Source of the DNA: a virus
Taxonomy: Duplodnaviria > Caudoviricetes
Direction: 5' to 3' (one strand)
Virus record (IMG/VR): IMGVR_UViG_3300023107_000005
Span: 1 to 43,526 of that record
DNA length: 43,526 nt
Below the pieces are notes generated by a model that saw only the letters and a program-made list of their open reading frames with translations, ran no database searches and had not been told where the DNA came from. Positions 17,155-25,355 of the stretch are shown here, piece by piece (position 1 is the stretch's first letter; the number at the start of each line of letters is the position of its first letter). The position numbers were made by a program, and so were the translations under genes.

Positions 17155-18084
17155 CTATCCTGCCGTCACTTTGATGCCGCTCCTGACGCGCGCACTCACG
17201 CTGCCTTTGATGGGCACGGTCCAGCCGCCGGTATCGGCCGAGTACTCGTAGTGGTCCGGATCCGCGTGGTGCAGCGGGCACCGGCACCAGGGGTGCTGGG
17301 GACCGACGACCGGCTTGTGCTCGGCGGCCGGCCGGCCGATGTTGGTGCCGTTGGCCAGCAGCTCGTCGAGGCGGAACAGCTTGGGCTTGCCCCCCACCAC
17401 GGGCTGCTCCAGCAGCAGCTTCAGGCACGAGGGGCACGCCCCCTTGCCCGGGCGCTTGAATACCCAGGCCCGGGCGCCGTGCAGGCGCTCGATGTCGGCC
17501 GCGCGCCCATGGTCGAAGGCCAGGTGGCTGGTGAAGTCGGCAATGCGCTGAAAGTCCCGGGAGCTGTCTCCGGTGAGCTTGAGCAGGCGCCGCCCCAGAT
17601 CCGGGGCCGCGTGGCGCAGCAGGACCGCGCGGGCCGTTTCGTCGTTGATGAGCTTCTCCAGCTCCGCGCGCTGCTGCATGTCGACCTCGATCAGCACGTG
17701 CTCGAAAGAGCCGCGCAGCCGGTTGCCCAGGCCCTTGATACCGATAGCGGCCGTGCGACGGGCATAGTCAAAGCTGGCCTGCTGCTGCGGCGTCATGGCC
17801 AGGCCCGAGGCCCGGGCTACCTGCTGGCGTAGCTCGGGAAACGTGAGCTCCAGCAGCTCGGCCTGGCTGAGCGTGGCGCTGAGCATGCCGAAGCGGAACA
17901 CGTCGGCCAGCGGGCCCTGGGCCGAGGCCGGCAGCGTGGCCACGTCGAAGCCGGCGGCCGTCAGCACGTCGAGCTCCGCCGGCGTGAGCATGTCGCTGCC
18001 CAGGCTCTGGCCAATGAAGTGGAAGTGCAGCTGCTCGATGATGGTGAGCAGCTCGGCAATCTGGTCGGGAGTAAGCAGGGTCAT
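17155..18084 (-). CDS. MuF/SPP1 gp7-like minor head (head morphogenesis) protein
   Basis: RDFQRIA, ACPSC and the hallmark PQHPWCRC; start ATG 18084 (MTLLTP). Confidence 0.85.
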   Translation of the reverse strand: MTLLTPDQIAELLTIIEQLHFHFIGQSLGSDMLTPAELDVLTAAGFDVATLPASAQGPLADVFRFGMLSATLSQAELLELTFPELRQQVARASGLAMTPQQQASFDYARRTAAIGIKGLGNRLRGSFEHVLIEVDMQQRAELEKLINDETARAVLLRHAAPDLGRRLLKLTGDSSRDFQRIADFTSHLAFDHGRAADIERLHGARAWVFKRPGKGACPSCLKLLLEQPVVGGKPKLFRLDELLANGTNIGRPAAEHKPVVGPQHPWCRCPLHHADPDHYEYSADTGGWTVPIKGSVSARVRSGIKVTAG

Positions 18085-18100
18085 GCCGGAATATAACTCA

Positions 18101-18132
18101 AAACGCCGCCCCATTGGCCTGGGGCGGCGTTT
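18101..18132. terminator. Hairpin/terminator upstream of MuF
   Basis: AAACGCCGCCCCA-TTGGCC-TGGGGCGGCGTTT. Confidence 0.7.
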
Positions 18133-18185
18133 CTTCGGGCTGCTTCTGGCAAAGCAGTGTACCTGGCACCTAACTCCTGAGCGCT

Positions 18186-18193
18186 CAAATATA
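18186..18193 (-). promoter_or_regulatory. Putative -7 promoter box TATATTTG
   Basis: CAAATATA on the + strand, intergenic, matches TAnnTTTG on the minus strand. Confidence 0.4.
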
Positions 18194-18213
18194 GGCCCGT
18201 TAGATGAATTTTG

Positions 18214-19425
18214 CTAGAGCAGGATCCGGGCCGAGAGGTAGGCGCCCATGGCCAGGCCTACCAGGACGCCCAGGACTACCTCGGCGACCAGGCGCGCGTG
18301 GAGCTGGGTGCGCCACCACTTCTTCAGGTCGGGCCCCCAGTAGCTAGCGCGCTCCTTCAGGTACTTGAAGTCGCCCCGGGCCGCGGCGCCGAAGTCGTGG
18401 CGCACCCAGCTCCACCAGACTTTCCAGGGGCCCTGGGGCGGCATGCTGGCGGCCGCACGCTGGAAGGCCGGGTTATAGCTGTCCATGTCCTTAGTGGCCA
18501 CGTCGTAGACCTGGATACGGTCGCCCAGGGCGCGCATCTGCAGCCACATCTCGTCGCTGCCATTATAGTTTCTGATCATGCCCTGGAGCAGGTTGTTCGT
18601 ATTCTGACGCTCGGCCGGCGTGGTGATGGGTGGCTCCTGCTTAATGAGCTCCAACTTAGCTAGGCCGGCCTGCTCCCGCTGCAGGTCGCGCTCCAGCTTG
18701 ATGTCCACCGTGTAGGACACATCGGCGTCGCGGACGGCTACGAAGACGATGGTGGGCCGATAGCTGCCTTGGAAGGTCTGCACTACCAGTTCCCCCAGCG
18801 GCACGTCCAACGTTACCGGGGCGCCGAGGTATCCGTCGTAGAGCTGTTCGCCCAGGCCAATCTCGTGGGCCTGCTTGAGCCGGTGGACCAACACGCGCGT
18901 GCTAGTGCGCAGCAGGCCCATGCACTCCCCCGGGCGAACCAGAGGAAGCTGGTGGTAAATGGTCAGCTTGGCAGTGAGCCTGGGGGCATCCGCCCCCGGG
19001 TGGTGGCTAAAGGTGCCGGTGGCGTCGGTGGCCACGCAGCTGCTCTGGCTGCCATCCAGGGCACCCTGAGCAGCCAGATCGAGGCGCGTGACCCCACCCG
19101 GTCGCAGCGTGAGCAGCTGCATGCTGCGGCGCACGTGGGTGAGATAGTGCCGGGTGGTAATCTCCAGCTCCTGATCGAAGGGCACGCGCAGCTTCAGCGG
19201 CGGGTGGCCGGCCTCCAGGGGCTGATGGTAGTACACGAAGGGCTCCTCGGCCGAGCCGATGTAGAGCCAGAGCGGCTCGGTACCTGAATAGCTGATCTGC
19301 AGGTTGTGGCCATGGTCCACAAATACTTGTACGTCGGTCGAAGGGCACGTCACAGTACGCTCCAGAGCCAGGCCCTGGTGATCCTGCCCGCACGCGCTGC
19401 AGCCTTTGATATTGAGAAATTCCAT
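18214..19425 (-). CDS. Hypothetical protein with N-terminal Cys/His motif and C-terminal transmembrane helix
   Basis: Start ATG 19425 (MEFLNIKGCSACGQDH); C-terminal LVAEVVLGVLVGLAMGAYL. Confidence 0.7.
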   Translation of the reverse strand: MEFLNIKGCSACGQDHQGLALERTVTCPSTDVQVFVDHGHNLQISYSGTEPLWLYIGSAEEPFVYYHQPLEAGHPPLKLRVPFDQELEITTRHYLTHVRRSMQLLTLRPGGVTRLDLAAQGALDGSQSSCVATDATGTFSHHPGADAPRLTAKLTIYHQLPLVRPGECMGLLRTSTRVLVHRLKQAHEIGLGEQLYDGYLGAPVTLDVPLGELVVQTFQGSYRPTIVFVAVRDADVSYTVDIKLERDLQREQAGLAKLELIKQEPPITTPAERQNTNNLLQGMIRNYNGSDEMWLQMRALGDRIQVYDVATKDMDSYNPAFQRAAASMPPQGPWKVWWSWVRHDFGAAARGDFKYLKERASYWGPDLKKWWRTQLHARLVAEVVLGVLVGLAMGAYLSARILL

Positions 19426-19426
19426 C

Positions 19427-20254
19427 TTAAAGCAGCTTGAAAAAGAAGTTGAACACGTACACGGCCACGCCGCAGCACACGCCGAGCAGGGCGGCGTAGA
19501 ACACCACGATGGCCACCAGGGCCAGGCCGATGCCGAGCAGGCCGCCGGCCCCCATGAGCAGCGCGGCCATCCAGGCCTGCACGATGTCGATGCGCCGCCT
19601 GGCCGCGGCGCGGAAGCGCTGCAGGCGACTGGGCATGGGCTTCTCAGGTGGTGCTGGGGCCTCCTGGTTAATCGCATGCTCTACCTCCAGGAAGCCGCGG
19701 AAGGTGCCGTCTTGCGGTGCTGAAGCATTGGGCTCCGTCAGGATGTTCAGGCCCCGCTCCCAGCGCTCGTGGTTGATCGAGCCGACCGGATAGGGGTTGC
19801 TGCTGGCGCGCGGCTTCTGCAGCGGTGCACCCCAGACCCGGGGCGTGTCCAGGTCATCCGGGAAGAAGTACTGCAGCTCCTCGGGCAGCTCGCGCAGCTG
19901 CTCGTCGGTCCAGCTGGTGAAGGCACTGTAGAGCACGGCTGTGCGATGAGCTGGACTGATTATGGCCAGCCCGATGCTCATTGGGCCCAGGACCGTGGCG
20001 CCCTGCAGCACGCCGCGCAGCACCAGCTCGTTGAGCAGCTCCGCGAAGGCCTCCTGCGGAACGACCGCCGCTTCGGGCGCCGTTAGCATCTGCTGGTGCG
20101 AGATGACGAAGATGGCGCCCACGCGCAGCGGCCGCAGGCCGAAGGGAATGGGCTGGTATTCGGGGTGCACTCTGTCCAGCAAGTCGCTGGCGGCGGGGGT
20201 GAGCCCCTGCAGGTGAAAGCCGGGGATGGAGTTGGGGGGGAATAGAGCACTCAT
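19427..20254 (-). CDS. Hypothetical membrane protein
   Basis: Long C-terminal hydrophobic stretch. Confidence 0.7.
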   Translation of the reverse strand: MSALFPPNSIPGFHLQGLTPAASDLLDRVHPEYQPIPFGLRPLRVGAIFVISHQQMLTAPEAAVVPQEAFAELLNELVLRGVLQGATVLGPMSIGLAIISPAHRTAVLYSAFTSWTDEQLRELPEELQYFFPDDLDTPRVWGAPLQKPRASSNPYPVGSINHERWERGLNILTEPNASAPQDGTFRGFLEVEHAINQEAPAPPEKPMPSRLQRFRAAARRRIDIVQAWMAALLMGAGGLLGIGLALVAIVVFYAALLGVCCGVAVYVFNFFFKLL

Positions 20255-20284
20255 GGGCGTTGGGGACTGGCTGGGTTTGGGGAA

Positions 20285-20941
20285 TTACTCGGTATCGGTC
20301 AGGGCCGCAATCCAGGCGCCGCGCTGCAGCTCGGGCAGCTCGTCGAAGGTGGGCATGGGCAGCTGCTGCCAGTTGAGGTAGCCCGTGTGCTGGGCGTAGC
20401 GACGGTAAGCCCTGCGGGCCCGGATCACGTCGGAGCTTTCCTGCAGGGGCGCGGGTAGCGGATAGAGCTTGGCCAGTTCGCCAGGCTGCTCTGAGTTGAA
20501 GAACATGGCCGCGTGGCTGAGAGGCAAGAAGCGCAGGTAGTGCCAGCTGTGGCGGGTGTAGCCGTAGCAGAGCAGCATGCTGCGCTCCGGGCCCCAGGGG
20601 CGCGTATCAAGGCTCCAATCACCAGAGCGCAGGGGCGAGCCGTAGTCATAGCTGCCGTCGGGGTTTACTCTGCCCGTCGTCAGGGGCATGCGGGCCGGGG
20701 GCAGCACCACGGCCCCCTCGATGTAGTCGTAGTGCACGGCCGTGTTAATCAGGCGCGCTAGGGTTTCTAAGTGCTCGTCGAGCACAGGACCCTCGACGAT
20801 AAAGCCCAGGCCGGCGTGGCGTGTGGGCGTGCCGTCGGCGAAGAACGGCAGGTAATGAGCGGCTTGCAGAAAGCTCTGGGCTTTGAGGCTCAGGCCCTGC
20901 AGGGAGAGCATTTCCAGATGCAGGGCATCGGTCAGATTCAT
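20285..20941 (-). CDS. Hypothetical protein
   Basis: ORF in the operon; C-terminal MPTFDELP...AW motif. Confidence 0.7.
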   Translation of the reverse strand: MNLTDALHLEMLSLQGLSLKAQSFLQAAHYLPFFADGTPTRHAGLGFIVEGPVLDEHLETLARLINTAVHYDYIEGAVVLPPARMPLTTGRVNPDGSYDYGSPLRSGDWSLDTRPWGPERSMLLCYGYTRHSWHYLRFLPLSHAAMFFNSEQPGELAKLYPLPAPLQESSDVIRARRAYRRYAQHTGYLNWQQLPMPTFDELPELQRGAWIAALTDTE

Positions 20942-20970
20942 GGGCGATGGAAAAAGGCTGGGTTGGGGTA

Positions 20971-21219
20971 TCAGAAGTCGAGACCGAAGCCGCCGACGTT
21001 CAGGCCGAGGCTGCCGTCGCCGGGGTCGAGCGTGAGCCCGCCTCCGAGGTTCAGGTCCAGGTTGCCGTCGCTGCTGAGCACGAACAGGGGCTCCGCTGGT
21101 GGCGCCGGTGCCGGCGGCGTGGGGACGGCCGCCGGCGTTGAGTGGGCCTGGTGGCCACCAGGCGTGGGCTGGGGTGGCCGCATCGGGTTGAGCAGGTAAC
21201 TAGGGCATCCGCGTCCCAT
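20971..21219 (-). CDS. Small Pro/Gly-rich hypothetical protein
   Basis: C-terminal DGNLDLNLGGGLTLDPGDGSLGLNVGGFGLDF. Confidence 0.55.
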   Translation of the reverse strand: MGRGCPSYLLNPMRPPQPTPGGHQAHSTPAAVPTPPAPAPPAEPLFVLSSDGNLDLNLGGGLTLDPGDGSLGLNVGGFGLDF

Positions 21220-21221
21220 GG

Positions 21222-21443
21222 CTAGGCTGGCTCGGTGAAGGTGGTGGCCAGATCCATCCAGTAGATCTGGGCCCAGGCGGGCAGCTCGGCAAAGGGCATC
21301 AGCCGCTTGCCCTGATCGCCCTGGCTTCGCGCGTGGGACTCGTAGCGGGCCTGGCCAGCCTGGTGCAGGTCGGCCGCCTCGGGGGTATCGAGCCAGGCGC
21401 CCACCTCGTGGATCAGGTCGAGGTACTCGGTGGTAGTGATCAT
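21222..21443 (-). CDS. Hypothetical protein
   Basis: ATGA overlap with the upstream ORF; MPFAELP...W motif. Confidence 0.65.
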   Translation of the reverse strand: MITTTEYLDLIHEVGAWLDTPEAADLHQAGQARYESHARSQGDQGKRLMPFAELPAWAQIYWMDLATTFTEPA

Positions 21444-21631
21444 GACTGGGCAGCGGGTTTGGGTGGGGCCGCGTAGCCGGCCAGCGCGCTGCCCAGCTTG
21501 GTGCTGATCTGCTGGAGCGTGCCCGCGTAGGCCGTCAGCCAGGGCAGCTCCAGCGGCGTGCTCAGGTGCGGAGCCATGGGCAGCTCCCGGGTGGCGGGAG
21601 CGGCGGCGGCGGCTACTTTCTTAGCGGGCAT
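21440..21631 (-). CDS. Hypothetical protein
   Basis: Short ORF overlapping both neighbours. Confidence 0.5.
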   Translation of the reverse strand: MPAKKVAAAAAPATRELPMAPHLSTPLELPWLTAYAGTLQQISTKLGSALAGYAAPPKPAAQS

Positions 21632-21875
21632 AGGCCAGCAGGGTGCGCTGGCTCCAGCGCTGATTAAAGGCCTGGCTGCCGAAGGCGTACTCGACGCGGG
21701 TTACGGTGCCCGTGGTACTCGTCTTGGTGATCAGCCAGCCGGGCGCGTCCTCGGGGGTGCCCAGTGGGGCGTAGCCCTTGTAGGTGGCGCCGGCGGCCGC
21801 ATCCACCAGCGGGGCGGGCTGACGCTCGGAGCGGGTGACGACCGCGGTTTCAGTTACGTGATTGTGTTGGTCCAT
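21621..21875 (-). CDS. Small phage protein, probably virion-associated
   Basis: YKGYAPLG...WLITK...YAFG...FNQRWSQR...Y pattern seen in small phage structural-region proteins; follows the portal. Confidence 0.7.
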   Translation of the reverse strand: MDQHNHVTETAVVTRSERQPAPLVDAAAGATYKGYAPLGTPEDAPGWLITKTSTTGTVTRVEYAFGSQAFNQRWSQRTLLAYAR

Positions 21876-21892
21876 TCGCTGGAAATGAGGTT

Positions 21893-23653
21893 TTAGAAGG
21901 TGAGTGAATCGTGGAAGGCCTTGAGGAAGGGGTTGCTCTCGTCATCGGGACCGCCCTCAGCCGTGGGATCTGTGAGGCGCCCGGCGTCGGCGGCCGGGTT
22001 GCCGCCGTCGTCCGGCGTGCCGGCGGCGCCCTGGGCAGCTTGCTGCTCCATCATCTTCTGCTGGGCGGCCTGCTGCACGGCGGCCGTGTAGATGGCGTTG
22101 CCGATGATGTCGCCGCCTTCGACGGGGGCCAGGTTGCGGCGCTTGCGGATTTCGTTGAAGGTCATGTAGGCCCCCAGCGCCTTCACGTCCTGCTCCAGCT
22201 CGTCGGCCTCGGTCAGGGCGTCGAGGCCCACGAACTGCAACTCGAACTGGGGATTCAGGCCATTGACGATGAACTTATTGCGGCGGGCGGCAATGCCCTT
22301 CAGAGTCGGATAGAGGCCTTTGTCACGACCGAATTTGATGCGGGCGGCATTGTTGCCTTCGAAGGCGGGGGCGCCGCCGTCGGCACCGGTACCGGTCTTA
22401 AAGCCGATTTCCTCTGGGTCGATCTTGTAGAGAGAGCACGTGAGCTTGAGCAGGTACTCGCTGAAGTGGGAGTACTCCATGTCCCGGTTGGTGTGGCCCA
22501 GGTCCACCCAGTCCACATCGGCCGGCAGCACCGGCGTGCGGTGCGAGTTCTGCACGCCGGCCATGAGCATGCGCCACTCGGTGCGGAACTCGTTGAGCGT
22601 GCCCCGGTCGACCGTACCCTTCACCTTCAGAAAGCCCTTGGGGGCGCTTCCCAGCTTGAAGAAGTTGCGGTTATAGGCATCCGCGTCGAGCATGGCCGTC
22701 ACCACCGTGATCAGGTCCTCCAGCTCCGAGATGCCGTAGCCGCCCAGACTGGAATCGGTGTGCAGGTTGCGGATACCCATGCTCAGCTCCCAGGGGTAGA
22801 ACTCGGCCACGATCTGGTTGTCGTGGATCTGCACGATGGTGGGTCGGTAGCCGTTCACGTCGGGCAGAATCGAGCGGCTGCTGGGCATGTGGATGATGCC
22901 GCGGCGCCGGTCCACCAGCTGCTCCTCGATGCCGGCGGTTTCGGCAAAGCGGAAGGTGGCCCCGTCGGCGGCGACGAATTCCACGGGGATGCCGCTGCGG
23001 CGCCCCCGGATCACCTCGAAGGCCTCCTGGTCCAGGACCAGGCTGTCGCGGGTGGTCTTGCGCAGGTGCTCCTCGAAGGTGTCGCCGTGCCACTGATTCT
23101 GGGCTGAGCCGCAGTTGAGCATGAATTCGGTGATGCGCTCGATTTCCCGCTCGTCGGCCAGCGTGAGCTTGGGCTCCTTGTCCTGCAGGCCCCAGGGGCG
23201 CTTCTTGACGATCTTGAAGCCCGTGGCGTACTTGCTGCTCTGGGGCACGGCGAAGGCGGCCACCTGCTCGATGCGGGTGTCGATGATGGAGCGGATCAGC
23301 GGGGTGCGCCCCATTTTGCGCAGCATCTCGTAGCTGAGCTGCTGCGGGGTCTGCTTGTCACGAAAGCCACTGCCGTTGCCCAGGAAGGTTTGCGGGTCGA
23401 GCGTGTAGGCCTTCTGGCCCGTGGGCTCGCGCACGGCCACATCCTTGAGCTTGGCATTGTAGAGCTCCTGCGCCTTGCGCGTGGCCACCACGGCCGTGGC
23501 CGGGTCAGAGCTGGCCAGGCCCTTCTCGATGGCAATAACCTCGGCCATCTGCAGCTCCTCTTTTTGGCGCTGAATGGTGGCGAGTTGTTGGGAAAGGCCG
23601 CCCGGGTTCACGGGTAGCGGGGTTCCCACCGGTGGGGTGGTAGCGTCTTGCAC
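21893..23653 (-). CDS. Portal protein
   Basis: IIDTRIEQV, DSLVLDQEAFE, GYGISELE, YNRNFFKLGSAPKGFL, NSHRTPVL, DMEYS, YKIDPEEIG, TFNEIRK. Confidence 0.92.
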   Translation of the reverse strand: MQDATTPPVGTPLPVNPGGLSQQLATIQRQKEELQMAEVIAIEKGLASSDPATAVVATRKAQELYNAKLKDVAVREPTGQKAYTLDPQTFLGNGSGFRDKQTPQQLSYEMLRKMGRTPLIRSIIDTRIEQVAAFAVPQSSKYATGFKIVKKRPWGLQDKEPKLTLADEREIERITEFMLNCGSAQNQWHGDTFEEHLRKTTRDSLVLDQEAFEVIRGRRSGIPVEFVAADGATFRFAETAGIEEQLVDRRRGIIHMPSSRSILPDVNGYRPTIVQIHDNQIVAEFYPWELSMGIRNLHTDSSLGGYGISELEDLITVVTAMLDADAYNRNFFKLGSAPKGFLKVKGTVDRGTLNEFRTEWRMLMAGVQNSHRTPVLPADVDWVDLGHTNRDMEYSHFSEYLLKLTCSLYKIDPEEIGFKTGTGADGGAPAFEGNNAARIKFGRDKGLYPTLKGIAARRNKFIVNGLNPQFELQFVGLDALTEADELEQDVKALGAYMTFNEIRKRRNLAPVEGGDIIGNAIYTAAVQQAAQQKMMEQQAAQGAAGTPDDGGNPAADAGRLTDPTAEGGPDDESNPFLKAFHDSLTF

Positions 23654-23685
23654 GGGGTGGTAGGTGCTTCAAATCGGGCGGTAAC

Positions 23686-23714
23686 AAAGCCGCCGCCCGG
23701 GGTCGGCGGCGGCT
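23686..23714 (-). terminator. Hairpin/terminator
   Basis: AGCCGCCGCC...GGCGGCGGCT with a short A-run. Confidence 0.55.
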
Positions 23715-23734
23715 GGACTGGCTGGGGAGCGGGG

Positions 23735-24382
23735 TTACTCGGCAGCTGCAGGGGCGGCGGGGAGCTTCACCCAGCGCTGCACCTGGTTGCCGCGGCGGTC
23801 GGCGACGGTGACTTCGTGCAGGCCGGCGCGGCCCTTGCTCACCAGGTCTTCGACGGCCGTGGGGCGAAAGCTCTTTTCCAGCAGCTGGGTGCGGTAGGCC
23901 GAGAAGCTCGCATCGGTGAAGATGTTCTCGGCGCCCACGGCGGCCACCAGCTCGGCATCGGTGGTGATGGTGGCCAGGTCCACGGGACCGCGGGCGGCGG
24001 GGGCACCCATGCCCTTGGCTACTTCCGCGGCCCGGGTTTCGGCCTGGAAGTGGTTCACGCTGGTGATGGTGGCCTGGTCGCGTGGATCAACGTAGGCAGC
24101 GGCCGTGGTGCCGTCGGGCTGGGCCAGCAGGTGCTTACGCATGCCGGCGCGGTGCGTGGCCACGTGGGAGAGTGCCTCGGCCGAGCTGAGGCCTTTCTCT
24201 ACCAGGGCCTCGGTGTAGGCGCCGAAGCTCTTCTCGGTGTAGGTCGGCAGGCCCGCGTAGCGGCGCTCAAACTCGGCTGGATCCATGGGCACCAGGACCG
24301 CGTCATCGGCCTGCTCGGTGATCAGGGAATTGAGGTACTCTTGCTGGGCGGCGTAATACGGGGTGAGGTTGTTTTCGGCCAT
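23735..24382 (-). CDS. Putative internal head protein with two internal repeats
   Basis: YTEKSFGAYTEALVEKG / FTDASFSAYRTQLLEKS repeats, each followed by [LM]-x9-G-x5-[YW]V. Confidence 0.75.
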   Translation of the reverse strand: MAENNLTPYYAAQQEYLNSLITEQADDAVLVPMDPAEFERRYAGLPTYTEKSFGAYTEALVEKGLSSAEALSHVATHRAGMRKHLLAQPDGTTAAAYVDPRDQATITSVNHFQAETRAAEVAKGMGAPAARGPVDLATITTDAELVAAVGAENIFTDASFSAYRTQLLEKSFRPTAVEDLVSKGRAGLHEVTVADRRGNQVQRWVKLPAAPAAAE

Positions 24383-24470
24383 AATCGGGGAATCGTTCAG
24401 GGTGTGCGGACGGTGTGCGGGCTCGTTTGATGGATCGGAGCGTACTGGTTTCCGGGTGTGTTTTGGCTCG

Positions 24471-25289
24471 TTAGCCGGTCACCTCCGTGGGGGCGGTGTC
24501 GCCGAAGCGTAGCGCCATCAGGATCGAGAGCGGCAGCTTATAGGTCGCCTCGCCGGGCAGCGCGGCCTGCAGGCGGCGGGCCGTCTGCTGATCGCGCAGG
24601 TTCTCGCGCAGGCGGTAGGCCAGGTCGTTGTAGGCGTCGCGGTTCTGGGCATCCTCCTTGCTCTTGGGCGCCCGGTCGGTGGTGGCCACGGCCTCACTGG
24701 TGGCGCCCCCGAAGGCGACGGCGGGCTCCTCGAAGCTCAGGTCGCGGCCGTCGCTGTTCTCGCTCCAGTAGGTTTCCTTCCACGGGTAGGTGGGCACGTC
24801 GATGTAGTCGCCGCTGGTGTAGCCCTTCAGCTGGGTGGTGTCGCGCGCCGGCGGGGCCACGCCGATGGTGGTTTGCAGCGTGCTCATGCTCGTGCGCAGC
24901 ACGGCCGCCTCGGCTTCCATCTGCGGCTGCAGCAGGCTGATCTGGGCCTTGATTTCGGTACCCTTCTTTTCCACGATGATGTTTTTAGCCTCACCGTAGG
25001 GGCCGAACACGTCGGAGAGAATGCCTTTCTCCACGGCATCGGAGAGCGGCTGCAGCGGCCGCACGTACATCGGGCAGGGCACCTCGCCCTCGCCGGGCAA
25101 GATCATCAGGCAGGGCTCCAGCTGCTCGAGCTGCGCGCGGTAGGTGGCCTCGGGCACGTCGTTCTGCACGCTCTTATTCACGAACTGGGACACTTTCTCG
25201 CGGCTGTACACCTCGTAAATGCCGGCCGCGCGGGCTTGCTCCAGGTCAGCCTGGTGCAGGAGTAAAATGGGTTTGGTCTGGTCGCTCAT
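24471..25289 (-). CDS. Putative internal head protein
   Basis: Start ATG 25289 (MSDQ); FVNKS and AVEKG sites; N-terminal region resembles the repeats of 23735..24382. Confidence 0.75.
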   Translation of the reverse strand: MSDQTKPILLLHQADLEQARAAGIYEVYSREKVSQFVNKSVQNDVPEATYRAQLEQLEPCLMILPGEGEVPCPMYVRPLQPLSDAVEKGILSDVFGPYGEAKNIIVEKKGTEIKAQISLLQPQMEAEAAVLRTSMSTLQTTIGVAPPARDTTQLKGYTSGDYIDVPTYPWKETYWSENSDGRDLSFEEPAVAFGGATSEAVATTDRAPKSKEDAQNRDAYNDLAYRLRENLRDQQTARRLQAALPGEATYKLPLSILMALRFGDTAPTEVTG

Positions 25290-25355
25290 GGCGGACTGCT
25301 GGGGGTGAGGGTGAGGGGGTACTTTAAATTTAGCTGCTGCAGCGGCGGGGGCCAC

